Of a stretch of 33,224 nucleotides of DNA, positions 1-8,737 are shown piece after piece. Every line of letters starts with the position of its first letter. The stretch's first letter is position 1. Below the pieces are notes generated by a model. The model ran no database searches. It had not been told where the DNA came from and worked only from the letters and a program-made list of their open reading frames with translations. Source of the stretch: Candidatus Hydrogenedentota bacterium (GTDB lineage: Bacteria; Hydrogenedentota; Hydrogenedentia; Hydrogenedentales; SLHB01); NCBI GenBank assembly GCA_045863335.1, contig BTVY01000055.1:5188-38411 (forward strand). The letters run 5' to 3'. Made by a program: the position numbers and the translations under genes.

Positions 1-125
1 TTTTTCCTTGTGGGTTTTTTGCTCTTTCACAACCGGCTCTAACCCCCCCCATGCGGGGGGGGGGTTTTGTGTCGACCCCCCCCCCCCCCGCTGCATATCC
101 TCAAGGTCTGGGACTTGGAATCGCT

Positions 126-647
126 CTAGTAGGATCCGCCGTGGGCTCCGAGGAGTTCGGCGACTTCTTCGTAGCCCATCAGCTTTGCGACGGCGAAGGG
201 GGTCATGCCGCCAGCGAAGTCGTCGCGAACATTCACGTCGGCGCCGTAGCTGATTAGCATCTCCGCCACATCGTCGCGTCCATTCAGCGCCACCCAGTGC
301 AAGGTCGACATACCGTCCTTGTTGACTTCGTTGACGTCCGCGCCACTCTCGATGAGGGCTTTGACGGCGTCTTTGTGTCCGCGGCGGACGGCTTTGTGGA
401 GCGGCGTTTCTCCAAAATCGTCGCGTTCTGCGGGGTCGGCGCCGCTGGCCAGAAGTTTCCGGACGGCCTGTTCCATGCCCCAATAAGCAGCGCGCTGGAG
501 GAGCGTATCGCCCGCCGCGTGCTCTGGGGTGTCCTCTTTTTCCTGGCGAAGCATAAACTCCGTCAGGGCGACATGCCCGCTTTTCATGGCGCGACTCATC
601 GGCGTTTCGCCGTCCGAGTCCATCGAGTTATACCAATGCACCGCCAT
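126..647 (-). CDS. Ankyrin repeat protein (~173 aa)
   Basis: Repeated ankyrin motifs GETPMSRA, GDTLLQRAA, GETPLHKAVRRGH, GMSTLHWVALNG, GMTPFAVA, with GADVN linkers. Start placed at ATG 647 (MAVHW) after GGGAGAAAAC RBS; the ORF track extends to 749. Confidence 0.9.
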   Translation of the reverse strand: MAVHWYNSMDSDGETPMSRAMKSGHVALTEFMLRQEKEDTPEHAAGDTLLQRAAYWGMEQAVRKLLASGADPAERDDFGETPLHKAVRRGHKDAVKALIESGADVNEVNKDGMSTLHWVALNGRDDVAEMLISYGADVNVRDDFAGGMTPFAVAKLMGYEEVAELLGAHGGSY

Positions 648-940
648 GGTGTTTTCTCCCAGCATCGTACTGTGTAGCGTGCTCATGCCGCTAAAGGAGC
701 AAGCCGAGTGCCAATCCAGAAACGCCTTTCTGCCCTTCGGCACACGCACCCGCTAAGCCGTTTGCCGCACACTCCTTGTAGCGTCCGATGCACGCCACTT
801 GCATTATACCCTCCAAAGGGGTGCGGTTGAAACCCCTGTCAAGCCCTTCGTCGAAGTGACAAACTTTTGCCGATCTACCGGATGTATGTTCCTGGTATCG
901 CCTTGCCAATGGGTCCCCTAAGTCGGTATCCTTCCTTTCT

Positions 941-1906
941 GTGCGGCACTTGAAAGCTAGCACGAGGTGGAGAACGGGTTTGCGCATTACATCACGTACC
1001 GTAAGACGTTGGGGAATCACATTGGCGATCGCTTTTGCCGCAGGTTGGGGACTCGCGGGTTGCGGTCAAACCGCCTCTGAATCTCCAGCGCCGGCAGGGG
1101 ATTCGGCGATGCGCGCCGCAGAACCGGACGCCGACGCGCTCTTCGCCGAGTGGAAGCGCGCAATCAAGGAGCCGGCGGATTCTCCTAATTCATCGCAACA
1201 TCAAGTACTGGCGATCGCCATGGTATCCAAAGATCCCAGCAAGGCGGGCGCAATGGTCGATTCGTTAACCGATCCAGAGACCACGCCGGAATCCATGTTG
1301 AGAATCCTCTCCAGCTTGGAAGTGGTCCTCAATCCGGACCTCACCCAACGACTCCTGGATCTGACCGAACCCGAAGTCGACCCCTCGGTGCGATCCGGGG
1401 TCACGATGCTGCTCGCACAAACCATGGACCCGTCTGTCATCGAACGGTTTCACGAGCTGAAAGACGATGCCGACCGCCGCGTCCGGTTCGCCGCGCTGAA
1501 CGCGCTTCTGCTCCACGGGGATCCGAATGCGCGCGCAGCATTGCGAGAAATGTACTTCGAGGAGGACACGCCGCAGCCGTTTCTGGAACGCATTGCGTTG
1601 ACCTTCGGCATGAGCGCGCAAGCCGACGACGTGGCCCTTCTCGCGGATGCGGCACAGCGCGAGAACATGCCGGAGGACGTGGTGGCGGTCTTGGTAACGG
1701 CCTTGGCGATGTCCGGCGATCCAGCCGCGCTACCCGCGCTCGCGCATTGTGCCGAAGGCGACTATGCCGACGATATCAAGGCCATCGCGCGAGACGGGAT
1801 GGAAGTCATCAAGGGGGCGAATGCGGCCTCCTCCGTGCCCGAAACTGCCATCGACACGAACACAACGCCAGAAGCGGGTTCTCCGGAGGAGCCTGCGGCG
1901 CCATAA
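941..1906 (+). CDS. HEAT/PBS-lyase-like repeat protein, probable lipoprotein
   Basis: Basic N-region, hydrophobic stretch and lipobox LAG-C. HEAT-like units DPSVRSGVTMLLA, DADRRVRFAALNAL, GDPAALPALA. Exact start uncertain. Confidence 0.75.
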   Translation: MRHLKASTRWRTGLRITSRTVRRWGITLAIAFAAGWGLAGCGQTASESPAPAGDSAMRAAEPDADALFAEWKRAIKEPADSPNSSQHQVLAIAMVSKDPSKAGAMVDSLTDPETTPESMLRILSSLEVVLNPDLTQRLLDLTEPEVDPSVRSGVTMLLAQTMDPSVIERFHELKDDADRRVRFAALNALLLHGDPNARAALREMYFEEDTPQPFLERIALTFGMSAQADDVALLADAAQRENMPEDVVAVLVTALAMSGDPAALPALAHCAEGDYADDIKAIARDGMEVIKGANAASSVPETAIDTNTTPEAGSPEEPAAP

Positions 1907-1971
1907 TCCTGGAGGACCTCCAGCCATCCGGAGGTGCGTCTTGCGCACCACGCAGACAAAGGAACCTCTCC

Positions 1972-2310
1972 GTGCTGTTTCGAAAACGACCCAAGCGAAG
2001 CATTCCTCCCCCGTACCGGAAGTCAGACCCTGAAACGGGTTCGAAATCAGGGTTGTACGCCATCGAGTATGACATGATGCTCAAAGGCGCGGTCACCCGT
2101 CGCCGTGGCGAGCCGGTCCGCCAGATCGGTGTTTACGTCAATGGTTCCATCCGATTGGTCACCAGCGGCGACCACGTGGATCACGACACGTACCAGGCAT
2201 TGCTCGCCGAGGGTGTGATCGAGCGGCCGGCCGGTTGCGATGAGCCGGATAACTCGAAGCAAAGAGCGCCGCGAATGATTGAAGACTTCGGGCCACACAC
2301 GGAGTATTAA
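1972..2310 (+). CDS. Small hypothetical protein (~112 aa)
   Basis: GTG at 1972 after AAAGGA, in frame with ORF 1747..2310. Globular-looking core (VRQIGVYVNGSIRLVTSGDHVD). Stop is 3 nt before the GT2-TPR start. Confidence 0.6.
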   Translation: MLFRKRPKRSIPPPYRKSDPETGSKSGLYAIEYDMMLKGAVTRRRGEPVRQIGVYVNGSIRLVTSGDHVDHDTYQALLAEGVIERPAGCDEPDNSKQRAPRMIEDFGPHTEY

Positions 2311-2313
2311 GGC

Positions 2314-3720
2314 GTGGGTGCAACGATTTCGTTGGCCATGATCGTGAAAGACGAGGCGGTTCACCTGCCGGGATGCCTCGACAGCGTCCGCGACGCCGTG
2401 GACGAAATATGTATCGTCGATACCGGATCCACCGACGATACCCTCGCCGTCGCAAAGGAGTATGAGGCGAAGGTCAGCGTGTACCTGTGGTCCGATGATT
2501 TCGCGGCGGCGCGAAACGAATCTCTGCGGATTTGCACGAAGGATTGGATCCTGGTGTTGGACGCCGATGAACGGATCGCGGTGGATGACGTGCCGGCGTT
2601 GCGCAATCTGGCGCGCGGTTCCCATGAGATTGCCTATCGGTTCACCACCCGTAACTACACCAACAATGCCGGCGTGAGCGAGTATCAGCCATGCGACACC
2701 AACGACCCCAATTCGCGGGGATTTTCCGGCTGGTATCCGAGTACCAAGGTGCGGTTCTTCCCAAATAAACACGGCGCCCGATTCGAGGGAAAGGTCCACG
2801 AACTGGTCAACCAGTCTCTCGAACGCCAGGGTGTGCGCATCGCGGACTGCGCGATCCCGATCCACCACTATCCCCTCACAAGAGACGCCGAACAGATCCG
2901 CAAGAAGCAGGAACTCTACCTGAAGCTGGGTCATGCGAAAGCCGCCGCCGATCCTAAGGACCCCAAAGCCTTTGCGGAACTCGGCAATCAATACGCGGAG
3001 GTCGGCGACTACGGCAACGCGGCAGGCTCCTATCGCGAGGCCGCGAAGCTGGACCCGACGAATGCGGTGTATCTGAAAGATCTGGGCGGAATGCTGCATC
3101 ATCTCGGCCGGCACGAAGAAGCGCACCGGGCCTTGCGACTCGCCCTCGACCACGACCCGAATTTGCTTGACGCGTGGCGCAATCTGGGCGTGGTGCTTGT
3201 CGATGCTAAACAATTCGACGGCGCTATCGAGTGTTTCGAGAAGGCCCTGCAGCTCGACCCGTCCTGGGGCGAGGGGCATCGTTATCTGAGCGTCGCCATC
3301 GAGGGCTCTGGGCGGCTTGCCGACGCCGCGGTCGAATCGCGCAAGGCCCTTGATGCCGAACCGCGCTCCAAGGAGTGTTTGCAGCTCTATATTCACCAAA
3401 TGTTGCGCTTGGAGCGGCGGCCGGAGGCACGAGAGTTCATCCTTTCACTGATTGCCACAGGGCACGAGTCCGCCGAACTTCATAACGCGGTGGGCGAACT
3501 GTGTTTCTACGACCGCCTTTTCGAAGAAGCGGAGTCCCATTTCTCGCTCGCCGGCGCCGGCGGACTTTCCAGCGCCTACAACAACCTCGGTGTCGTCTTG
3601 TTCAAGCAAGGCAAGTTCCAAGAAGCCAAGAAGGCCTTCGAGAGCTGTCTGGAACATGACCCCGGCCACAAGGGCGCCCACGCCAATCTGCAGAAGGCCA
3701 TCGAGCGCCTGGCGCAGTAG
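2314..3720 (+). CDS. Glycosyltransferase family 2 with C-terminal TPR repeats
   Basis: ISLAMIVKDE, IVDTGSTD, DDFAAARNES, DxD motif LDADE, FEGKVHE. TPR units AWRNLGVV, AYNNLGVV, ALQLDP. Confidence 0.92.
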   Translation: MGATISLAMIVKDEAVHLPGCLDSVRDAVDEICIVDTGSTDDTLAVAKEYEAKVSVYLWSDDFAAARNESLRICTKDWILVLDADERIAVDDVPALRNLARGSHEIAYRFTTRNYTNNAGVSEYQPCDTNDPNSRGFSGWYPSTKVRFFPNKHGARFEGKVHELVNQSLERQGVRIADCAIPIHHYPLTRDAEQIRKKQELYLKLGHAKAAADPKDPKAFAELGNQYAEVGDYGNAAGSYREAAKLDPTNAVYLKDLGGMLHHLGRHEEAHRALRLALDHDPNLLDAWRNLGVVLVDAKQFDGAIECFEKALQLDPSWGEGHRYLSVAIEGSGRLADAAVESRKALDAEPRSKECLQLYIHQMLRLERRPEAREFILSLIATGHESAELHNAVGELCFYDRLFEEAESHFSLAGAGGLSSAYNNLGVVLFKQGKFQEAKKAFESCLEHDPGHKGAHANLQKAIERLAQ

Positions 3721-3772
3721 GTAGCCTGAAGACCAACCGAGGCCCGGTCTCATGGACTCGACGTGGCCCCAA

Positions 3773-3973
3773 GTAGGTCGGGAATGATTCCCGACCAGAG
3801 ATTTCTCCGCGACCGTGCCCAATGCCCCGATCTGTAGCCCGCGGTGTAGCTCCGTCTGGACGAACAGGTTGTTCGCGGGGAAGGCGGAGGCGCAAGACCT
3901 CAGATGCCCTGAGGTCGACGTACTGCAAGCGGTTGGCCGAGAATGGGCGGGCCGGAAATCATTCCCGACCTAC
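3773..3973. repeat. Inverted pair of GTAG-type REP-like palindromes (REPIN-like)
   Basis: GTAGGTCGGGAATGATTCCCGACC at 3773-3796 and its near reverse complement GGCCGGAAATCATTCCCGACCTAC at 3950-3973. Internal hairpin GACCTCAG/CTGAGGTC at 3896-3916. Confidence 0.85.
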
Positions 3974-6513
3974 TTGGCGACGATCTCTACTGGCCCGGTA
4001 ACCATGCCGGGGATAGTATCGACGGGGTCGCTGACCGTACCGTCTATGATAACGACGACATACCGGCCTTGGGGCAGATGGTCGATGGAGAAACTTCCCG
4101 CGGCATCGGTTTGGGCCCGCTGGCCGAGGGTGCGGCCGAGGTCCTTCCAGGGACCATTGCTGTGCAGGTCCGGCCAGTTCTCCAACGCGAAGGGCCAGAG
4201 AAGCTCCGGGAACACGTAGAGGGGTTCCAGGGGCCGCGGCGAGCCGTCGGCATTCAGGATGCGTCCTTCGACCGTTCCGCCTTCGCCAAGCGGCGCTTCA
4301 ATGTTGACCTGCTCGTCCCCCCGCATCGCCACAATCGTGTCGAGGTATGCCGTGTACCCTTCCTTCACGACGATCAAGTGATTCGTCCCTGCGGTAATCC
4401 CGTCCGCGATGGGGCCCAAGACACCGGCGACCACGCTGTCGTCCTGAACGACAAAGAATCGCGCATCGACGGGACTCAACGGTTTGTTGTTATCCAACGC
4501 ATCGACGAGTTGAATCGTGTATTGGAGGAATTCCCGCTTCGTGAGCCGAATCGTTGCCACCCGGTCTTCGGGTATGGACAGGTACGTTTCGCCATTGCCG
4601 GCCACGTCGTTGCAGTACGCGCGATAGGTGCCCCGTGGCAAACCCGAGGCAGACCACTCGCCGCGATCATTCGTGTTCTTACCATTCGCGCCAACTTGAT
4701 TTCGTAGACCGGCCTGCACGTTGCCTTCGGCGTCGAGCCGTTCCGTGAGGAGTTCCAACACGACGCCCGCGTCCGGCAACGGATCGCCGTTGGGATCGAT
4801 CACGCGAACCGTCACTTCGAAGCTCTGGCCCGGGCGCAAGGTTGCCTTCACGCTCGCGGCTGGACTGCTCGCGTCAATTCGGATTGCGGCTATTTCCGCG
4901 GGATCGTATCCGGCGGCCCGGACCACGATTGTGAAAGTGTCAAACGGCAGGTCGCGCACGATGAATTCATTCTCACCGAGGGGTTCCGCCAATAGATAAG
5001 GCGCAGTCACGGCATCCGTTGTCAGCACACTGTCGGAGATGTCGTGAACGTCGCCGCCGTCGGTGGTCTTCAACACAATGTGAATCTCCCCGGATTCCGG
5101 GAGCACAAAGTCATGGGTTACCGACTGATCCTTGTCAAGCGCAAAGTCTTCGCGCTCGCTCCACAACATGCCATGGCGCGCGGCCAGTGCCAAAGTGCCG
5201 CCTTCGTGATGGAGTTTGTAATTCCCCTGACCGTCTGCGCTGCCCGCGGTGTCGATGTTCCCGGCAAGCTCCCACCGCATGATGGCCGCGTTCGGAACGG
5301 GAGAACCGTCGGGCCGGAGTACGCGGCCCGATACGGTCGCCAATTCGTTGACTTCGAGAACCACTTCCTCAAACGGTCCACCCGTGTGCTGGACCAACGC
5401 GGTTGCAAAGGGATAGTAATTGTAGTTGCGGCAACTGATGAGATAGGCGCCGTAATCGAAATCAGAGAAGTCGAGTGAGAAGCGGCCATCCGCGTCGCAC
5501 GGGTAATAGGACTCACTCTGCGGATTGGTCTGGCTCGTGAGCGTGACACCCAGGCTGACGCCTTTGCCGGTTCTGCCATCGACCACGCGGCCATGCAAGA
5601 CCAACGCGTCGAGGACGGCACTGACACTAACCGCGGAAGGATCGATCATACGCTCAATCGCGTAATCGTTGGCGGAAGGCTGCCCCGCCGTTTCCTGGGC
5701 CGGGTACGGCTCGCCATTGGGCAAGGACGCGTACACGGGTTCCGCTCGCGGCGGTACATTCGTCGGCTCACGCTCGAATTTCAGAAAAGCGATACCCGCG
5801 ACGCCCACAGCGAGAACGAGCACCGCGCCGGCGAACCACTTCCCCAGTGCAAGGCCGACTCCCGCAGATACTGTCGCGGCGCTCGCGCTTTGCCAGGCCA
5901 CCGGTGCGGTCAGTGCGGCGGCGGTGATGGCGGCGCTGCGCTTCTGGAGGATGGGCTCCAACTTGCGTTCCGGTTGCAGCTCGTCGAGCAGTCGCGCGCC
6001 GAGGGTTTCGCGGGCGCGTTGCAGGCGTTTGCGAACAACGTCGTTGGAGAGGTTCAACAGCGCCGCGATTTCTTTGGTGCGTTTGCCTGCGAAGTAGAAG
6101 AGCATGAGCACCTCGCGCGGCTCGTCTTCGAGTTGTCGGATCTGTTCGTGCAGCTTCGACCACATCTCGCGTTGCTCCATGTTGGGAAGCCATACCGCAT
6201 CGTCTTCATCGGAAATGGGCGAGCCCGCGTTGCGTTCGCGGGTGCGCGCGATGAGGATGTCTGTGGCGACGTTGCGCGCGATGGTGAGGAGCCAGGGTCC
6301 GAACTTTGCCGGTTCGCGCAACCGGTCGAGGGTTTTCAACGCGCGGAGAAAGGCCTCCTGGGCCGCGTCTTCCGCGTCGGCATGATTGCCGGTACGGCCG
6401 TAGGCCACCGCGAATACGGCGGGCAGATGGCGCTCGACCAGAATTCCAAAATCGTCGCGCCGCCCCGCCAACACCCGGCCAACCACAGCCGCATCCGAAT
6501 TTCGATTCAGCAT
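3970..6513 (-). CDS. ECF sigma-70 factor fused to a TM helix and tandem carboxypeptidase-regulatory-like beta-sandwich domains
   Basis: Sigma2 (DAEDAAQEAF, FGPWLLTIARN) and sigma4 (EIAALLNLSNDVVRKRLQRAR). Hydrophobic helix WFAGAVLVLAVGVAGIAFL. Repeats GRVVDGRTG, GRVLRPDGSPVPNA, VRVIDPNGDPLPDA, GRILNADGSP. Confidence 0.9.
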   Translation of the reverse strand: MLNRNSDAAVVGRVLAGRRDDFGILVERHLPAVFAVAYGRTGNHADAEDAAQEAFLRALKTLDRLREPAKFGPWLLTIARNVATDILIARTRERNAGSPISDEDDAVWLPNMEQREMWSKLHEQIRQLEDEPREVLMLFYFAGKRTKEIAALLNLSNDVVRKRLQRARETLGARLLDELQPERKLEPILQKRSAAITAAALTAPVAWQSASAATVSAGVGLALGKWFAGAVLVLAVGVAGIAFLKFEREPTNVPPRAEPVYASLPNGEPYPAQETAGQPSANDYAIERMIDPSAVSVSAVLDALVLHGRVVDGRTGKGVSLGVTLTSQTNPQSESYYPCDADGRFSLDFSDFDYGAYLISCRNYNYYPFATALVQHTGGPFEEVVLEVNELATVSGRVLRPDGSPVPNAAIMRWELAGNIDTAGSADGQGNYKLHHEGGTLALAARHGMLWSEREDFALDKDQSVTHDFVLPESGEIHIVLKTTDGGDVHDISDSVLTTDAVTAPYLLAEPLGENEFIVRDLPFDTFTIVVRAAGYDPAEIAAIRIDASSPAASVKATLRPGQSFEVTVRVIDPNGDPLPDAGVVLELLTERLDAEGNVQAGLRNQVGANGKNTNDRGEWSASGLPRGTYRAYCNDVAGNGETYLSIPEDRVATIRLTKREFLQYTIQLVDALDNNKPLSPVDARFFVVQDDSVVAGVLGPIADGITAGTNHLIVVKEGYTAYLDTIVAMRGDEQVNIEAPLGEGGTVEGRILNADGSPRPLEPLYVFPELLWPFALENWPDLHSNGPWKDLGRTLGQRAQTDAAGSFSIDHLPQGRYVVVIIDGTVSDPVDTIPGMVTGPVEIVAK

Positions 6514-6580
6514 GTTTCATCTCCCAATTCCACAGTATAGTCTGCGTGGAACGGGAAAATGTGACAAAAGGTCCGGTCTC

Positions 6581-6633
6581 TGTGGTACAGGCATGCAGTC
6601 TGGCGAAGACGCAGGCTGGAAGCCTGCACCACA
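6581..6633. repeat. Inverted pair of GTGG-type REP-like palindromes
   Basis: TGTGGTACAGGCATGCAGTCTG (6581-6602) matches the reverse complement of CAGGCTGGAAGCCTGCACCACA (6612-6633) at 18/22 positions. The right copy has a perfect GCAGGCT/AGCCTGC stem. Confidence 0.7.
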
Positions 6634-6706
6634 ATTGTCCGGCTACCATTTCCGGTTTTGGCCCCGAGGGGTTAGAATACCGGGTTTCCGCGAGAGGCGA
6701 GGATGC

Positions 6707-7486
6707 ATGCGACACCCGAATGAAACGCGATTTCAGGACTTCTTCGTACACGACTACTACGTCACGCTCAAGAACTACCTCTACAACTATCGCGTGCGGA
6801 AGTCCGTCATTGGCCGGGCCATGGCGGCGGAAACGCCACGCCTCATCCTGGAGGTGGGGAGCGGTTTGTCTCCCATCGTGACGGACCGCGACCGTATCGT
6901 GTACTCCGATCTCGCGTACGAGGGCGTGGTGCATCTGCGACGCCTTCATGGACGCGGCCACTACGTCGTTGCCGATTGCACGAAGCTGCCCTTCCGGGAT
7001 AATGCCTTCAGCCACGCGGTGTGTTCGGAAGTCTTGGAACATGTGGAGAACGACGGCGATGCCCTGGCGGAACTGTCGCGCGTGCTCGACGCCGAAGGCC
7101 AGCTCTACCTCACGTTTCCCCACGGCCGCTTTTACTTCTGGAACGACGACCGCTTCGCAGGTCACTTCCGGCGCTACAGCCTCGATGACATGCTGAACAA
7201 GCTAACGGTTGGCGGCCTCCGCCCCGTCGAAATCCGCAAGGTGCTCGGCCCTCTCGAAAAACTCACCATGAGCGCTTGTGTCTTCGCCATCGACGTATCC
7301 CGACTTTTCAGCGCAACGCGCAACGGCGCCGCTTCCCCGCCGGGACGTCCTCCGTCCCGTTTCGTCGTGGCTGCCTTCAAGTGGTCAAACGCCGTGCACG
7401 GCGCGCTCTGCAAAGTGGACGCCAAGCTCTTCCCGCGCGCCATGGCGGCGGTACTGTTTATTCGCGCGGAGCATTGTCGAAGGTAA
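6707..7486 (+). CDS. Class I SAM-dependent methyltransferase (Methyltransf_11-like)
   Basis: Motif I ILEVGSG, plus ADCTKLPFRDNAF, SEVLEHVEND and HFRRYS. Start placed at ATG 6707 after GAGG. Confidence 0.88.
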   Translation: MRHPNETRFQDFFVHDYYVTLKNYLYNYRVRKSVIGRAMAAETPRLILEVGSGLSPIVTDRDRIVYSDLAYEGVVHLRRLHGRGHYVVADCTKLPFRDNAFSHAVCSEVLEHVENDGDALAELSRVLDAEGQLYLTFPHGRFYFWNDDRFAGHFRRYSLDDMLNKLTVGGLRPVEIRKVLGPLEKLTMSACVFAIDVSRLFSATRNGAASPPGRPPSRFVVAAFKWSNAVHGALCKVDAKLFPRAMAAVLFIRAEHCRR

Positions 7487-7497
7487 AGTCAGAAAAA

Positions 7498-7572
7498 GGG
7501 ACTGTTACCATTTTCCTTTTAGGTCACTGTGCACGTTGCACGGGCGCACAGTAGGAAAATGGTAACAGTCCC
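7498..7572. repeat. Perfect 20-bp inverted repeat element between convergent genes
   Basis: GGGACTGTTACCATTTTCCT (7498-7517) and AGGAAAATGGTAACAGTCCC (7553-7572). Inner stem ACTGTGC/GCACAGT. Confidence 0.85.
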
Positions 7573-7631
7573 CAAATTCTTGACCATGCCGGGGGCACCG
7601 TCTTGCTACGGCAATCCCCCGGCATTCGGGA

Positions 7632-8555
7632 TTACATGTGCATCATGGCCGTGCCGTTCAGCATGTGGTTGGAGCGATGGAACTGGAGGCCGGCCTGGTT
7701 CAGGGGGAACGGCCCGTCGCCGCCGTTCCAGCCCTGGTATTCGACGTGGCCGTCCAGATAAAGGACGTTCGCGCCGCCGGGCACGTGGTTGAACATGGAC
7801 GCGCCCATGGCGATGGCGTCCCACATGATCGCCAACTCGGACTGGGCGACGGCGCTGCCCGCGGGGTTGTTGATGTCGGTTACGAAGAACCGTTCGACGC
7901 CTTCCCGGAGACGCAGCGCGGTATCAAATCCATTCACGGGTACGCTGAACTCCCAATCGCTATCCGCGACGCGGATGGCGTCTTCGGTGCTGTGTTCCCA
8001 TTCAGCGGCGAGGGCGTTGATGCTGTTCATGAGCGGCATGGTTGCGCTGAGATCCATCATCCGCTCCGACAAGGCCCAACCAAGATAGGAATAAGGGACC
8101 GCCCCGGTCACTTCGCAGGGTTCCACGATGCCATTGCCGGTGAGCATGGCGCCTTCGGGCGACATCTCCATGTAGTCCTGCATGCCGACGGGGCTGTTGT
8201 TGGGGCGCTGATCCCAGAGGGCGAGGGCGTCTCCGGACTGCATGGTGCTCGGGCAAATCAGCACGTTGAAGTCCGTGAGATACTCCGGAACGATCGTGGC
8301 CACGTTCGCCATCTGGTCGAACAAGACCGGGTCTCCGTTACAGTAGGTGGACCGGATGGGGGGAAGTTTCTGGCCGGGGCTTTCACTCGCGTACATCTTG
8401 AACACGATGCCCATTTGCTTAAGGTTGTTCTGGCACGCGCTGCGGCGGGCGGCTTCGCGAGCACGCGCCAGCGAAGGCAGCAGGATTGCGGCCAGTATTC
8501 CAATGATGGCGATGACCACCAGCAATTCGATCAGGGTAAATCCTTTGCGATTCAT
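7632..8555 (-). CDS. DUF1559-type prepilin-like protein (N-terminal methylation site, C-terminal H-X9-DG), Met-rich
   Basis: KG|[22 protein letters not shown] prepilin signal, [18 protein letters not shown], and [17 protein letters not shown] (H-X9-DG family motif). Start at ATG 8555 downstream of GAGGAG; alternative start 8564. Confidence 0.92.
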   Translation of the reverse strand: MNRKGFTLIELLVVIAIIGILAAILLPSLARAREAARRSACQNNLKQMGIVFKMYASESPGQKLPPIRSTYCNGDPVLFDQMANVATIVPEYLTDFNVLICPSTMQSGDALALWDQRPNNSPVGMQDYMEMSPEGAMLTGNGIVEPCEVTGAVPYSYLGWALSERMMDLSATMPLMNSINALAAEWEHSTEDAIRVADSDWEFSVPVNGFDTALRLREGVERFFVTDINNPAGSAVAQSELAIMWDAIAMGASMFNHVPGGANVLYLDGHVEYQGWNGGDGPFPLNQAGLQFHRSNHMLNGTAMMHM

Positions 8556-8582
8556 ATACGACATCTCCTCGACGCGCGATTC

Positions 8583-8650
8583 CAAGGGGGGGGACGCGCG
8601 GACAGTTTTAGGGTCCAAGTTAAGGGAAAAGAGAACTAGGGGTGTGGCCG
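8583..8650 (-). promoter_or_regulatory. Putative Rho utilisation (rut)-like C-rich, G-poor tract between the leader ORF and the DUF1559 gene
   Basis: Minus strand reads CGGCCACACCCCTAGTTCTCTTTTCCCTTAACTTGGACCCTAAAACTGTCCGCGCGTCCCCCCCCTTG. Function inferred by analogy. Confidence 0.4.
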
Positions 8651-8737
8651 GATAACGGCGGACGCGTGCGGCCGCGCGTTGGCAACAAACACGTTGCCCA
8701 TTGCGTCTCACATCTGCGCTGCGAATGCCGGTAATGC

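Noticed and set aside
1-95. Poly-C/poly-G hairpin (AACCCCCCCC-ATGC-GGGGGGGGGGTTTT) and a long C run, as a terminator or phase-variable tract
   Set aside because: Several homopolymers at the very edge of the window look like low-quality sequence-end artefacts and cannot be trusted without reads.
803-842. Promoter for the ankyrin gene (TATAAT at 803-808 and TTGACA at 837-842, minus strand)
   Set aside because: The 28-nt spacing is incompatible with a single sigma-70 promoter. The -10 alone is plausible but not enough to call.
2047-3399. Long antisense ORFs (also 9155-10264, 12498-13904, 29065-30321, 7638-8639, 20196-21173)
   Set aside because: Shadow ORFs opposite well-supported genes, expected in GC-rich DNA, with no recognisable motifs.
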